From NCBI GenBank assembly GCA_963674945.2, contig CAXXWQ010000003.1, forward strand, positions 608,001-672,000: a DNA stretch of 64,000 nt, written 5' to 3'. The notes under the pieces were generated by a model, which was not told the origin of the DNA, did not search any database, and saw only the letters and a list, made by a program, of their open reading frames with translations. Origin of the DNA: an uncultured Desulfosarcina sp. (GTDB taxonomy: Bacteria > Desulfobacterota > Desulfobacteria > Desulfobacterales > Desulfosarcinaceae). Shown piece after piece: positions 11,097-20,718 of this stretch; the stretch's first letter is position 1; every line of letters starts with the position of its first letter. The position numbers and the translations under genes were made by a program.

Positions 11097-12746
11097 ATGG
11101 CAAAACGTATCGGTGACATTCTTATCGAACTCGGCTTCATCGACCGCGATCAGTTGGAGATGGCCGTAACCGAATCCAAAAAAACCGGTGTCATGCTCGG
11201 GGACGTGCTGTTGCGTCTGGACTGGGTCACCCAGGAACAACTGCAGATGAGTCTCGCCGTACAGAGCGGCGCAAAGCTTCTGGATACCGATGCCATCAAA
11301 GTGGATCCGGGGCTCGTCGCCCAGGTTCCCCAGTCTTTCGTTACCGCCCACGGCATCCTGCCGCTGCAAAAACGCGACGACACGATTCTGGCTGCCACCA
11401 ACAACCCCTTCGACGTCGTAGCCAAGGATCAGCTGGCCCGTATCACCGGGTGCCGCGTGGAGACCTATATCGCGTCCAAGGACTGGCTCTCCGGTTCCAT
11501 CGAACTTTATTACCATACGGCCCTGGCCATCGATACGGACATCGACCGCATCACCCGCACTACGGTAACGGGCGACGGATTCGAAGAGAACCAGATCGTT
11601 TTGCTGGGCAACCGTATTTTGGAAAAGGGATTGGTACTGGGCGCCAGCGACATCCATGTGGTGCCGGACGTCAAGCTGACCCGAATCTATTACCGAATCG
11701 ACGGTGTCCTGCAACAGACGTTTCTCTTTCCCATCCGTTTCCACAAGAGCCTGGTCACCCGGTTAAAAATCATGGGGGACATGGACATCTCCAACCCCAA
11801 CATCCCCCATGACGGAAGACTCCAATATTCCGGTGACATCGGCGACATCGACGTACGGGTCTCCACTTTCCCCACACATCTGGGCGAAACCGTGGTCATG
11901 CGGCTTCTGGTCTACAGCAAGGTGGTCGGTGATATCCGTCGCCTGGGGCTGGAAGAGACGGATTACGAGGTGTTTGTCAAACAGATCCAAAGGCCCTACG
12001 GTTTGATCGTGGCAACCGGTCCCACCGGTTCGGGAAAGACCACGACCCTCTACTCGGCCATCATGACAATCAACAATCCCAACATCAACGTGATGACCGT
12101 GGAGGATCCCATCGAGTATATCATCCCCACCATCCGTCAGACAGCCGTCAACCCCAAGGCGGGGCTCACCTTCGGCAATGCCCTGCGGTCGGCCATGCGA
12201 CAGGACCCGGACATCATCCTTGTTGGCGAGATCCGGGACACGGAGACGGCCGATCTGGCCCTTCGGGCTTCCATGACCGGCCACTTGGTCTTTTCCACCC
12301 TGCATACCAACGACGCCGCATCGGCCATCAACCGGCTTCTGGATCTGGGAGTGAACAAGGGAATTCTGGCATCTTCCCTGAGTATGGTCATCGCCCAGCG
12401 CCTGGTACGGAAGATTTGTACCAATTGCTGCGAACATGCGGTGCCCACCGAACGTCAGGCGGCGATATTCGACCGGCACGGCATCCCCGTTCCCGACCGA
12501 CTGGCCGTACCCGTTGGATGTGAATCGTGCTATCAGGCCGGCTACCGGGGAAGGACAGGCATTTACGAACTGATTCGGGTGGACCGGGAAATTCAACGTC
12601 TGATCTTCGAAGGCGCCCTGCAAAGCACCATCGAAGAATCGGCAGTGCGTTCGGGCACCAACCTGATGCTAACGCAAGCCCTGAAAAAGGCCGCCGACGG
12701 CATCACTTCCTTCGAAGAGGTCTACCGGGTGGTTGCCGATGCCTAG
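11097..12746 (+). CDS. GspE/PilB/MshE-family assembly ATPase with N-terminal MshEN-like motifs
   Basis: RIGDILIELGFI..QLE and LGDVLL; ASDIH, GPTGSGKTTTLY, RQDPDIILVGEIRD and STLHTND; Zn-binding CxxC pairs. Confidence 0.93.
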   Translation: MAKRIGDILIELGFIDRDQLEMAVTESKKTGVMLGDVLLRLDWVTQEQLQMSLAVQSGAKLLDTDAIKVDPGLVAQVPQSFVTAHGILPLQKRDDTILAATNNPFDVVAKDQLARITGCRVETYIASKDWLSGSIELYYHTALAIDTDIDRITRTTVTGDGFEENQIVLLGNRILEKGLVLGASDIHVVPDVKLTRIYYRIDGVLQQTFLFPIRFHKSLVTRLKIMGDMDISNPNIPHDGRLQYSGDIGDIDVRVSTFPTHLGETVVMRLLVYSKVVGDIRRLGLEETDYEVFVKQIQRPYGLIVATGPTGSGKTTTLYSAIMTINNPNINVMTVEDPIEYIIPTIRQTAVNPKAGLTFGNALRSAMRQDPDIILVGEIRDTETADLALRASMTGHLVFSTLHTNDAASAINRLLDLGVNKGILASSLSMVIAQRLVRKICTNCCEHAVPTERQAAIFDRHGIPVPDRLAVPVGCESCYQAGYRGRTGIYELIRVDREIQRLIFEGALQSTIEESAVRSGTNLMLTQALKKAADGITSFEEVYRVVADA

Positions 12747-13944
12747 TTTCCGCTACCAGGCCATCGATCCGGCCGGTCAACTCATAAAGGGCAGTGCCAT
12801 CGCCGCCAGTAACCGGGAACTGGAGGAACGGCTGGCGGAAAAAGGCATCACCCTGGTTTCCGGCCATGTAAAAAAAGAGAATTGGCTGAGCAAAGGTATT
12901 TTCGGAGAAAGGGTTCGACCGCGGGACAAGATCGAATTCTACCACCGTTTGCACCAGACCCTGGAACTGGGACTTCCCATGCTCTCGGCCCTGGAAGAGA
13001 ATGCCTCCGGGCTCCCATCCAAAGCCATGCGCCGGATCGTCGACGAGATACGGGTCGCCATCGAAAACGGCAACACGTTCCATTCGGCCATCTCCCGGTT
13101 TCCCAAGGTATTCGAGCCCCTGGATCTGGCCATCACGCGCATGGGGGAAGAGAGCGGCGTACTCCCCAAATGTCTCAGGGATCTCTCCTCGTTTCTGGAG
13201 TGGAAGGAGGAGATTCGATCCACGGTCCGTCGCGCGGCCATCTACCCATCTTTCATCATTCTCGTCATCGTGGCGGTTCTCGGCGTCTGGGTGGGGTATG
13301 TGCTGCCCCAGCTGGCCGTATTATTGAAACAGATGGGCGTAGCACTGCCCGCCATGACCCGATTCACCCTGTATCTGAGCGACATTTTTCATCAATGGTG
13401 GGGCGCCATGATTCTCCTCCCCGGTCTCCTTGCCATCGGTATTATTCTGATGAATAAAACGGAAAAGGGGAGCATTTTTCTTCACCGACAGGCGCTCAAG
13501 CTCCCCATCATCGGCGGGATCCTCTTCAATATCGCCCTGGCACGGCTCAGCCAGAATTTTGCCACCATGTACCAGTCCGGCATGTCCATCAATGCCATTT
13601 TCGAAATTCTGTCCCAAAGAGTCTTGAGCAATCGCTACCTCGAAATGCGGGTGAGAGGGGGCTTTGAGGGGGTACAACGGGGCGAATCCATCTCCGACAG
13701 CTTCGAAAAGGCCGGCGGTTTTCCGCCGCTCCTGCTCGGGGCCATTCGAAACGGTGAAACCACCGGCACCCTGGATACGGCCTTCTATCGCCTGGGAGAG
13801 TATTACGATCGCGAAGCCAAACGATCCGTGGAGACGATGATCGCGGCCTTAGAGCCCCTGTCCATCGTCATGCTGGGAGGAATCTTCGGATTCATCATCC
13901 TCTCCATTCTCTTGCCGCTTTATGATGTGATTGGGAACTTTTAA
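12739..13944 (+). CDS. GspF/PilC/MshG inner-membrane platform protein
   Basis: GEESG..L, AAIYP, GETTGTLD and LEP...ILLPLY motifs. Confidence 0.92.
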   Translation: MPSFRYQAIDPAGQLIKGSAIAASNRELEERLAEKGITLVSGHVKKENWLSKGIFGERVRPRDKIEFYHRLHQTLELGLPMLSALEENASGLPSKAMRRIVDEIRVAIENGNTFHSAISRFPKVFEPLDLAITRMGEESGVLPKCLRDLSSFLEWKEEIRSTVRRAAIYPSFIILVIVAVLGVWVGYVLPQLAVLLKQMGVALPAMTRFTLYLSDIFHQWWGAMILLPGLLAIGIILMNKTEKGSIFLHRQALKLPIIGGILFNIALARLSQNFATMYQSGMSINAIFEILSQRVLSNRYLEMRVRGGFEGVQRGESISDSFEKAGGFPPLLLGAIRNGETTGTLDTAFYRLGEYYDREAKRSVETMIAALEPLSIVMLGGIFGFIILSILLPLYDVIGNF

Positions 13945-13950
13945 ATTTCG

Positions 13951-13999
13951 GTTCACTGTTCACTGTTCTCGGTTCAAGGTTCAAGGTTCAAGGTTCAAC
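13951..13999 (+). repeat. Tandem heptamer array (GTTCnnn x7)
   Basis: gttcact gttcact gttctcg gttcaag gttcaag gttcaag gttcaac. Confidence 0.9.
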
Positions 14000-14004
14000 A
14001 AAAA

Positions 14005-14394
14005 TCAGTTAAATTTTGATCCTTTGAAATCATTATTTCGTAAATACCGAAGCAGGCCTCCGTTGAGCCGAGCCGTCGTCTCTGCTTTTTCGAATAGCTT
14101 TTCAAACTGTTCTTGGTTGAGATATCCAGCGTCCAGGGCCACGTATAGCAGACTTTTCACATCAGAGAGGGATCCGCTCGCAATGGAAAGAAATTGGACA
14201 AACTCCTTGTTGCCTCCTCGTCCAAAACCTTCGGCGATATTGGCCATGATCGACACTGCTGCGCGCCGGATTTGATCCCGTAACCCGAAATCTCTTGCGA
14301 ATTCACCAATATTTGACGCCAAATAGATGGCCTTGGTCAGTTCCCTGGCCTTTTTCCAGGCATCGATTTCCTCAAACGTTCTTATTGATGCCAT
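14005..14394 (-). CDS. Four-helix-bundle protein (23S rRNA IVP / Avd-like family)
   Basis: FEEIDAWKKA...FGLRDQIRRAAVSIMANIAEGFGR...EFVQFLSIASGS..D, the family signature. Confidence 0.9.
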   Translation of the reverse strand: MASIRTFEEIDAWKKARELTKAIYLASNIGEFARDFGLRDQIRRAAVSIMANIAEGFGRGGNKEFVQFLSIASGSLSDVKSLLYVALDAGYLNQEQFEKLFEKAETTARLNGGLLRYLRNNDFKGSKFN

Positions 14395-14438
14395 TTCAAT
14401 TCCTCATGTTTTGAAACCTATAAACATTTACCATTAAC

Positions 14439-14501
14439 CAGAAACCGAGAACTGGGAACCGGGAACCTTGAACTAGGAACGGGGAACCTTGAACTGGGAA
14501 C
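14439..14501 (+). repeat. Tandem heptamer array (nnnGAAC x~9), inverted relative to 13951-13999
   Basis: cagaaac cgagaac tgggaac cgggaac cttgaac taggaac ggggaac cttgaac tgggaac. Confidence 0.9.
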
Positions 14502-14508
14502 CGGAAGC

Positions 14509-16569
14509 CTAATAGGCTTCCATTATCTCATCCGACGTCAACGCCTGATCGTATACCGCCGCCTGATCGATCAACCCTGTAAAAAAATGGCCGGTGCCCT
14601 CGTAATCGGCGCCGATCGTCAAGTCCACGCCGGATACATCGGGTAGACTCACGGTCACGGTGGTTTCGTCGAGGGTGCCATTGAAGTAGATCTGCATTCG
14701 ATCCGTTGCATCGTCGTAGACAAAGGCCACGAAGTGCCACTGATCGGAAATCATGGCGATCGACCCGCGCGTCATTGCGGTGTGATGGCCGTCACCGATA
14801 CCGCCGTAGGGCCGACCATTGTCCACTCCCAAAAAATAGAAGTAATTTCCCCTATGCCGGGAAACGATTCTCCCATGGGGACGCGATGCCCTCTCCCGGA
14901 TCCATGCCGTCAACGTCAATCCACCGGTCAGTTCAAAATCCGGATGATCGGCGACGAGTACCCGATCACCGCCGTCCAGACGCAGCGCACGATTGGGAAT
15001 TTCATGGCGATCGCTTGTATACACGGCGCCGGCGAGTGTGCCGTCATGTCCTCCTGTGCCGAGATCCTCCAGGTTTCCATCGAATCCATAGCCGGCAACC
15101 CGGTCGGGATGGCCGGCCCCATTCAAGATCCCGCGGATTTCTTCATCGGTCAGAGCCCTGTCGAAGATGGCCACGTCGTCGATATCACCATTGAATCCAC
15201 CGCCATGCCCCTGGGAATCTCCGCCGATAGCGAGATTCACGCCGTTTCTTGCCGGCAGTTGCAGGGGCGTCGAAGTGATCCGCTCGGTTCCGTCGAAATG
15301 AAGGAACATCCGGTCGATGTCATCGTCATAGACGAAGGCCAGATGGTTCCAATGGTCCAGGGACATCAACAAAGATTTCCCCGTGACGGCCCAATCCACG
15401 TCGTCGCCGATGCCGCCGTATGGACGCCCGTTGTCCACCCCAAGAAAATAGAAATAGTAGCCGGTGCGCCGGCTGATCACCTTGGCGAAGGATCCGGTGG
15501 CGGTCTCCTTGACCCATGCCATCAGGGTCAATTGGCCCGTAATGTGAAGACTGCTGTGGTCAAAGACACGCACGTAGTCACCGGATCCATCGAAGGAAAG
15601 GGAGGTCCCGCCGGTATCGGGCGTGTCCGTGGACCAGGTCGTGTCTCCCACCAGCGTCCCATCGTTACCCCCGATACCATCTCTGGCAGTCGGTCCCGCC
15701 CCTTCATCGAAATCCCAGCTGGAGACCGGTGAAGGGCCGCCGGCGCAGGTCGCCACGGTGATGTCGAACCAGCGTCGGACCGGAGTTCCCCCTGCATCGG
15801 CCAGAGTCACGTCCACCGTGTAGGCACCTGGCGACGCTGGACTTCCACTCAAATGACAGGCGTCACCCGCCGGGGTCAGGGTCATCCAGGCCGGTTGGGA
15901 CGTCGTCGACCAGGTGTATGCGCCCGCCCCGCCTTCTGCGAACAGATCTCCGCTATAGGCCTGCCCGTTGCATCCATCGGGCAGTTCGTTGTTGAGCAGG
16001 GTCAGCCGGCCGGCGGTCCGGTCGAAGCAGCCGGCGCGGTTTCGAAGATCCGCCAGGAAGACAACTTCGACCAAATCCATAGAAGAGAGGGTGGCGTTTC
16101 CGGCATAGGCACCGGAAACCGCCGGCGTGGAATCGACGGTAAGATCGGAGGATCCGCTGACGATAAAAAACGCGGCATCGGCCGATCCACCGGCGTTGAT
16201 GGAAGTGGATTCCCGGCCGCACAGGCCCCCGCCGGCGGATGTGGCCAGATTGCCGTCGTACCCGTAAACGAAGGCCCGGTTCCAGGAATCATTTCGCACG
16301 CCGGATGCATCCGCGAATTCGGCGGCCGTGGGCAACCGGCCGTTGGCTATGCTCCAGGCGATGACGGATCGTGAGGCGTCGGCCATCCGGCTTCTGGCCG
16401 TTTCTGTCTTCAGCCGTTGGGTCACCGGTCCGATCAGGTTCAGTCCCGCACCGATCAGTGCACCGATGATGGCGATGGTCATGACGATGGGCATCAGGGC
16501 CATCCCGGACTGACTGCCGGCGTGTCGTGATGAACCTGGAAAAAATCGCCTCATGAGTGCCTCATACAC
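14509..16569 (-). CDS. Large pilin-like protein with an Ig-like domain and two LamG/concanavalin-like domains (putative pilus adhesin)
   Basis: G/MALMPIVMTIAIIG prepilin-like N-terminus; two repeats of SFDG..D..V...TL.AW....W.H.AFVYD...IG....F.G.ID....D.AL...EI. Start may be 16554. Confidence 0.8.
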   Translation of the reverse strand: MYEALMRRFFPGSSRHAGSQSGMALMPIVMTIAIIGALIGAGLNLIGPVTQRLKTETARSRMADASRSVIAWSIANGRLPTAAEFADASGVRNDSWNRAFVYGYDGNLATSAGGGLCGRESTSINAGGSADAAFFIVSGSSDLTVDSTPAVSGAYAGNATLSSMDLVEVVFLADLRNRAGCFDRTAGRLTLLNNELPDGCNGQAYSGDLFAEGGAGAYTWSTTSQPAWMTLTPAGDACHLSGSPASPGAYTVDVTLADAGGTPVRRWFDITVATCAGGPSPVSSWDFDEGAGPTARDGIGGNDGTLVGDTTWSTDTPDTGGTSLSFDGSGDYVRVFDHSSLHITGQLTLMAWVKETATGSFAKVISRRTGYYFYFLGVDNGRPYGGIGDDVDWAVTGKSLLMSLDHWNHLAFVYDDDIDRMFLHFDGTERITSTPLQLPARNGVNLAIGGDSQGHGGGFNGDIDDVAIFDRALTDEEIRGILNGAGHPDRVAGYGFDGNLEDLGTGGHDGTLAGAVYTSDRHEIPNRALRLDGGDRVLVADHPDFELTGGLTLTAWIRERASRPHGRIVSRHRGNYFYFLGVDNGRPYGGIGDGHHTAMTRGSIAMISDQWHFVAFVYDDATDRMQIYFNGTLDETTVTVSLPDVSGVDLTIGADYEGTGHFFTGLIDQAAVYDQALTSDEIMEAY

Positions 16570-16785
16570 CGCGTACTACGAATTAGATAAACAATCTGAA
16601 AAACGGTTTTCAGACGGATTAGTAAAAAGTTCAAGTTCATCATAGCGGTTGAAAAGAAAAATTCCCCGACCCCTCAAATAATTATTTTTAAAAGAACTTT
16701 TCTTTTCTATACCATCGGTAAAAAATGGGGAAACGATTCCCTCTTTCCATAAATGTTTTGCCATATTCGGCCTGGAAAAGTTTTT

Positions 16786-17796
16786 TCATGGGCTCACGGT
16801 CAGCACGAACGACCTTTTGGCACAATTGTCCAGATTCGATCCGGCACTGCAGGCGGAATCCAGTACCGGGTTGCTGTTGTCTCGAACCCAGACGGTGAGA
16901 AGATAACTTCCGGCGGTGGTGGGCGTGCCGCTGATCCGGATATGATCGGCATCGGTCCATGTGGCACTGTTTTCGGCCAAAAGAGAGCCGTCCGTGTCGA
17001 ATCCTATATTGTCGGTGTCCGTGTGGTCGCGAAAGTTCAGGCCGGCGGGTGCGGTACCGGTCGGGGTCTCTACACACCAGAGATAGTCGCCACCGGTGGA
17101 AAAGGGGACGCCGCCATCCACGTATAGGGTCGCGGAATAGGGGCTGGTGGTGCGCCCCGGCGGAAGCTCATTGTTGAGAACAATAAGTCGCGGTCCCCTG
17201 CACCCCACCTGGCCGCGCAGTTCGTTCAACGTCGCCCACCGGACGATGTCGTCATAGGGCTCTGTCCGGTTCATGTCGGTGGCATAATCGTCCACGTTGT
17301 CCAGACCGGTGGGATAGACATCGATCACCGTGGGGCCCGACACGGCAAGGTCGCCCGCGGTCTGGTTGTTGAAGTTCTCGCCGCCGCTGAGGATGACGAA
17401 TGCGACGTTGGCGACCGTTACCGGTGCCGTACAGGTCGCGTCGGGACATTGGCGTAAGGTAATTTGCGTGGTTTTCCGGGTGCACAGGTCGCCCGTGGCC
17501 GGATTCCCATCTGCTAGGTCGGCGTCGTAGATGTACTGAATGGGGCGGATCCAGCCGTCGTTGCGCTTGTTGACGATGCCGGGAAACTGGGTGAGTGTGG
17601 GCAGCACGCCTTCGTTGGCGGCGGCATGGCCGACGATGGCGGCGGCCCCTGCCGCGATGATCTCGGTGGATTCGATCCGTTTGGCACGAACGGACAAAGG
17701 ACCGATGAGGGACGCGCCGAACCCCACGATCAGACCGATGATCACCATGACGATGGCAACTTCGATGATGGTGAATCCGGCTTGTCGGCGGTTCAT
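16786..17796 (-). CDS. Minor pilin-like protein with a C-terminal Ig-like domain
   Basis: RRQAG/FTIIEVAIVMVIIG class III signal; ISGTPTTAGSY..TV.V.D Ig-like motif. Confidence 0.85.
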   Translation of the reverse strand: MNRRQAGFTIIEVAIVMVIIGLIVGFGASLIGPLSVRAKRIESTEIIAAGAAAIVGHAAANEGVLPTLTQFPGIVNKRNDGWIRPIQYIYDADLADGNPATGDLCTRKTTQITLRQCPDATCTAPVTVANVAFVILSGGENFNNQTAGDLAVSGPTVIDVYPTGLDNVDDYATDMNRTEPYDDIVRWATLNELRGQVGCRGPRLIVLNNELPPGRTTSPYSATLYVDGGVPFSTGGDYLWCVETPTGTAPAGLNFRDHTDTDNIGFDTDGSLLAENSATWTDADHIRISGTPTTAGSYLLTVWVRDNSNPVLDSACSAGSNLDNCAKRSFVLTVSP

Positions 17797-17851
17797 GATC
17801 GCTCCAACGATATCGATTTTCCAGGGACCGTATCGATAAAAGGATTTCACG

Positions 17852-17892
17852 CGGCCGCCTCCCTCCTTACCATCGGGAACGGGAGGCGGCCG
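17852..17892 (-). terminator. GC-rich hairpin downstream of the major pilin gene
   Basis: cggccgcctccc...gggaggcggccg, a 12-bp perfect IR without a clear U-tract. Confidence 0.5.
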
Positions 17893-17922
17893 ATGGATCC
17901 GACCGTATGGATCGGATGAAGA

Positions 17923-18492
17923 TTACATGGGCATGTAAAATTGTGGCAGTGGATCGGTGGCAGCCGAATAGGCGGCACTGCCACGGATGTCTCCGGTGGT
18001 GGCGTCGCCATCGTCAAATTTGGTGTCGATCTCCAAAGCCACTTCCCAGGGCAGATTGTCGTATCGGATATAGTGACCGGCCTTTCCGTTTTGCGCACTC
18101 GTACGCCATATAACATAATAGATGTCACCGAAGGCGTGGTTCGGGTAGTCGCCTGCGGCACCGGTGTAATTGCCGGATATAACGCCCGCCAGGGCGAGGT
18201 CTTCAAACATCATCCCGGCTTCCCCAGTCGTAGTGATCTGTCCGCTGCCATTGCCTTCATTGGTATCGTTGGGTGGAATGTTGGCAATATTCTCATCTCC
18301 GGGATAGGCGCCGTATTTATCGTAAAAGGTATAGAAGGCCGCCCGCAGTTCATCGGCGGACTTGACCACCCGTTTGACCTTGGCGTTCTGGATCATGGAC
18401 TGCCCCTTGAGGACGCCACCGATGAGAAGTCCGATGATCACCAGCACGATGGCGATCTCGACCAGGGTAAATCCCTTTTGATTCCGTGTCAT
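17923..18492 (-). CDS. Type IV pilin (probable major pilin)
   Basis: NQKG/FTLVEIAIVLVIIGLLIGGVLKG; strong RBS ggagg; has its own promoter. Confidence 0.9.
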   Translation of the reverse strand: MTRNQKGFTLVEIAIVLVIIGLLIGGVLKGQSMIQNAKVKRVVKSADELRAAFYTFYDKYGAYPGDENIANIPPNDTNEGNGSGQITTTGEAGMMFEDLALAGVISGNYTGAAGDYPNHAFGDIYYVIWRTSAQNGKAGHYIRYDNLPWEVALEIDTKFDDGDATTGDIRGSAAYSAATDPLPQFYMPM

Positions 18493-18573
18493 TTTTTCCT
18501 CCATGGTTAGTAAATTTTCGTTTCAGCATATCCGAAGAGCGACGCCGCTGCCGTTTTCACTCGATCAATTCCC

Positions 18574-18600
18574 TTATCGGTCTTCTGATTTTGCACTTTA
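18574..18600 (-). promoter_or_regulatory. Sigma-28 (FliA)-type promoter for the pilin gene
   Basis: Minus strand reads TAAA-N15-ACCGATAA. Confidence 0.75.
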
Positions 18601-18634
18601 GGTAAAATATCATTCACCTATTCAACTGATATCC

Positions 18635-20134
18635 CTATCCTTTTTGCCGAATGTGAGGGGTGATGAAAATCACCAGTTCACGGGTCTGGATCTGGTTGTC
18701 CGTGTGCTTGAAAAGGCCTCCGATCAAGGGAAGGCGTCCCAGACCGGAGACGCCTTCGTGACTCTTGTCCTTGGTCTGGCTGATCAATCCGGCGAGCACC
18801 AGGGTATTGCCGCCTTGCACCCGAACGGTGGTGGCCAGTTCCTGCAGATCGATGATGGGATTCTTGATGGACTGAACCGTCGTGGTCGAGGTGGGCAGCT
18901 CCACATCGGCCTCTTCCTGGATCCGGGTGATGGTGGGAACGATGTTCATGGTCACGACGCCGTCGCCGGCGATCTGAACGGCAATTCCCAACTGAAGTCC
19001 GAGAATGGCCCGTTTGATGCTCACACCGAAGGTGACCACCTTGGTATCGTCGTCGCGGTCGACGCCGTCGATATCGCCGTAGGGAAACTGAAAGCCGACG
19101 GTCATGAGTGCCGATTTGCCGTTCATCAGGGCCAGGTGGGGATTGGACAAAACGGAAACCTCCCCCTGGGTTTGCAGGAAATCCACCACCGTGCTCAATC
19201 CGCTCTGGTCGGCCAGGGTCAGGGTGGAGCCGCCGTTGAAATTCATGTTGAAACTGTCCACAAAAAAGCCCGATGCACTGGTAAAGGCCGCATCCATGGC
19301 CGTCCAGTCGATCCCCAGTTGATTGCGGTCGGTCAGCCGGACCTCCATGATCTTGGCCTCGATAAACACCTGCCGGGAAAGCGCTTCGGTCAAGGCATCC
19401 AGAAAACGCACCATGGCCTCCACCCGTTTGGGCAGATCCGACATGTAGATGAGCCCGCCGTTTCGATTGATGCGAACGTTTCCCGCCTCGGATTTGAGCG
19501 TCCCCAGGGTCTCTTCGATGGCGCTCCAGACGTCCGCCGTCTTCTCCTTCTTGGCGGTTTTCATGATGTATTTGCCGCTGACCCCGGCATCCTCCACGCT
19601 GGAGGCGAGCATGTCCCCCCCCACCTGGATGTCCGTCTCTCCCGGCATATCCAGGTAATCGAGGGCGTAGATCCGTTCCATGAAGGTCTTGACCATCAGC
19701 ATGTCACCTTCCACGCTCCATGCATACCCGGCCCCGTTTTTCACCACCATATCCATGGCCTCGCTAAAAGTGGCCTGTTTCAAATGCACCGTGACGGTCC
19801 GGGAAAGGTCCACGTCCGACGCCACGGACAGGTTCATGGGTGCATCCTGCATGATGGCAGAAAGGGCGGTGGAGAGGGGAACGTCGTTCAAGGTCATGGA
19901 ATAGAGGGTTTCCGGCAGGTCCAACTCCGTGGTCTTGGGGTTGATCTGCATGGGAAAAGGAGGCGGTCCCGGCGTCCGTGGTTCGATATCCCGCCGGATT
20001 GCGGCTTTTATCTGATCCCGCCGTACCGGTTCGATATCCGGCGCCGCCGGTGGCGTCGCCGCACATCCGGCAAAAAGGGACAAGGCCACGACCGCCCGGA
20101 TCATCCATCGAAAGCCTTGGCGTAATCGGTTCAT
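18635..20134 (-). CDS. Secretin, MshL-like lipoprotein
   Basis: Lipobox FAGC; QVFIEAKIMEV.L, GIDW, VLSNP, LVLAGLI, LPLIGGLF and RELVIFITPHI motifs. Confidence 0.92.
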   Translation of the reverse strand: MNRLRQGFRWMIRAVVALSLFAGCAATPPAAPDIEPVRRDQIKAAIRRDIEPRTPGPPPFPMQINPKTTELDLPETLYSMTLNDVPLSTALSAIMQDAPMNLSVASDVDLSRTVTVHLKQATFSEAMDMVVKNGAGYAWSVEGDMLMVKTFMERIYALDYLDMPGETDIQVGGDMLASSVEDAGVSGKYIMKTAKKEKTADVWSAIEETLGTLKSEAGNVRINRNGGLIYMSDLPKRVEAMVRFLDALTEALSRQVFIEAKIMEVRLTDRNQLGIDWTAMDAAFTSASGFFVDSFNMNFNGGSTLTLADQSGLSTVVDFLQTQGEVSVLSNPHLALMNGKSALMTVGFQFPYGDIDGVDRDDDTKVVTFGVSIKRAILGLQLGIAVQIAGDGVVTMNIVPTITRIQEEADVELPTSTTTVQSIKNPIIDLQELATTVRVQGGNTLVLAGLISQTKDKSHEGVSGLGRLPLIGGLFKHTDNQIQTRELVIFITPHIRQKG

Positions 20135-20174
20135 GGTCTCCTCGACAAAAATCTGGCGCAATGACAATGATCCA

Positions 20175-20717
20175 TCAGCGCATGGTTACCGAATGGGTAA
20201 CGGCAGGTGCCGCCAGGAACCAGCGCCGTCCCCCCTTGGCCAACAAAACGCCCCTGTCCGTAATTTCTCTGACGACGAATGCTCCGCATCTCTCTCCCTC
20301 CGTGTAAATATGCCCTCCCAGCATGGCCAGCGGACGGCTGGAGCCCCGGTCCTGAATGGCACGACGGGTCACGATACCGGTCAACGACGGCAACGATACC
20401 GGTTGCGCGACCGTCCGTTTTGGCATTGCGGCCGAAGGGGGCCTGGTTTGTTGCGTCTTTGGTGGCACCGGACTTGCCGCCGTCTTGAAACGTAGGGCCA
20501 GTTCATTCACCTCCGAACCGATCGATTCGGCCTTTTCGGTCATGATCGTTTTCAAATGACGCAGGGACCGATCCATGGCGTGGACCTGGGGGCTGTATCC
20601 GGACAGGGGCGTATCCACAAGCGACAGGAGGGCAAAACCGTTGAACGCTGCGACCAGAATACCGGCCATCAGCCACCCCCCCATCCACAGATGTTTCGCC
20701 ATTTTTTCCGATACCAT
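20175..20717 (-). CDS. Pilus accessory protein (MshK/PilP-like position)
   Basis: TM helix plus LTGI...A...G..Y.EGE.....V..I....V motif; directly upstream of the secretin. Confidence 0.6.
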   Translation of the reverse strand: MVSEKMAKHLWMGGWLMAGILVAAFNGFALLSLVDTPLSGYSPQVHAMDRSLRHLKTIMTEKAESIGSEVNELALRFKTAASPVPPKTQQTRPPSAAMPKRTVAQPVSLPSLTGIVTRRAIQDRGSSRPLAMLGGHIYTEGERCGAFVVREITDRGVLLAKGGRRWFLAAPAVTHSVTMR

Positions 20718-20718
20718 A

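Noticed and set aside
14005..16569. Diversity-generating retroelement (Avd-like gene next to an adhesin with duplicated domains)
   Set aside because: There is no reverse transcriptase in the window. Both LamG copies are in-frame coding sequence, and I saw no non-coding template repeat with adenine-specific differences.
18644..20125. Long antisense ORFs (e.g. 18644-20125, 24001-25401, 27086-28336, 50584-51858)
   Set aside because: They are shadow frames of well-supported genes in GC-rich DNA and carry no recognisable motifs.
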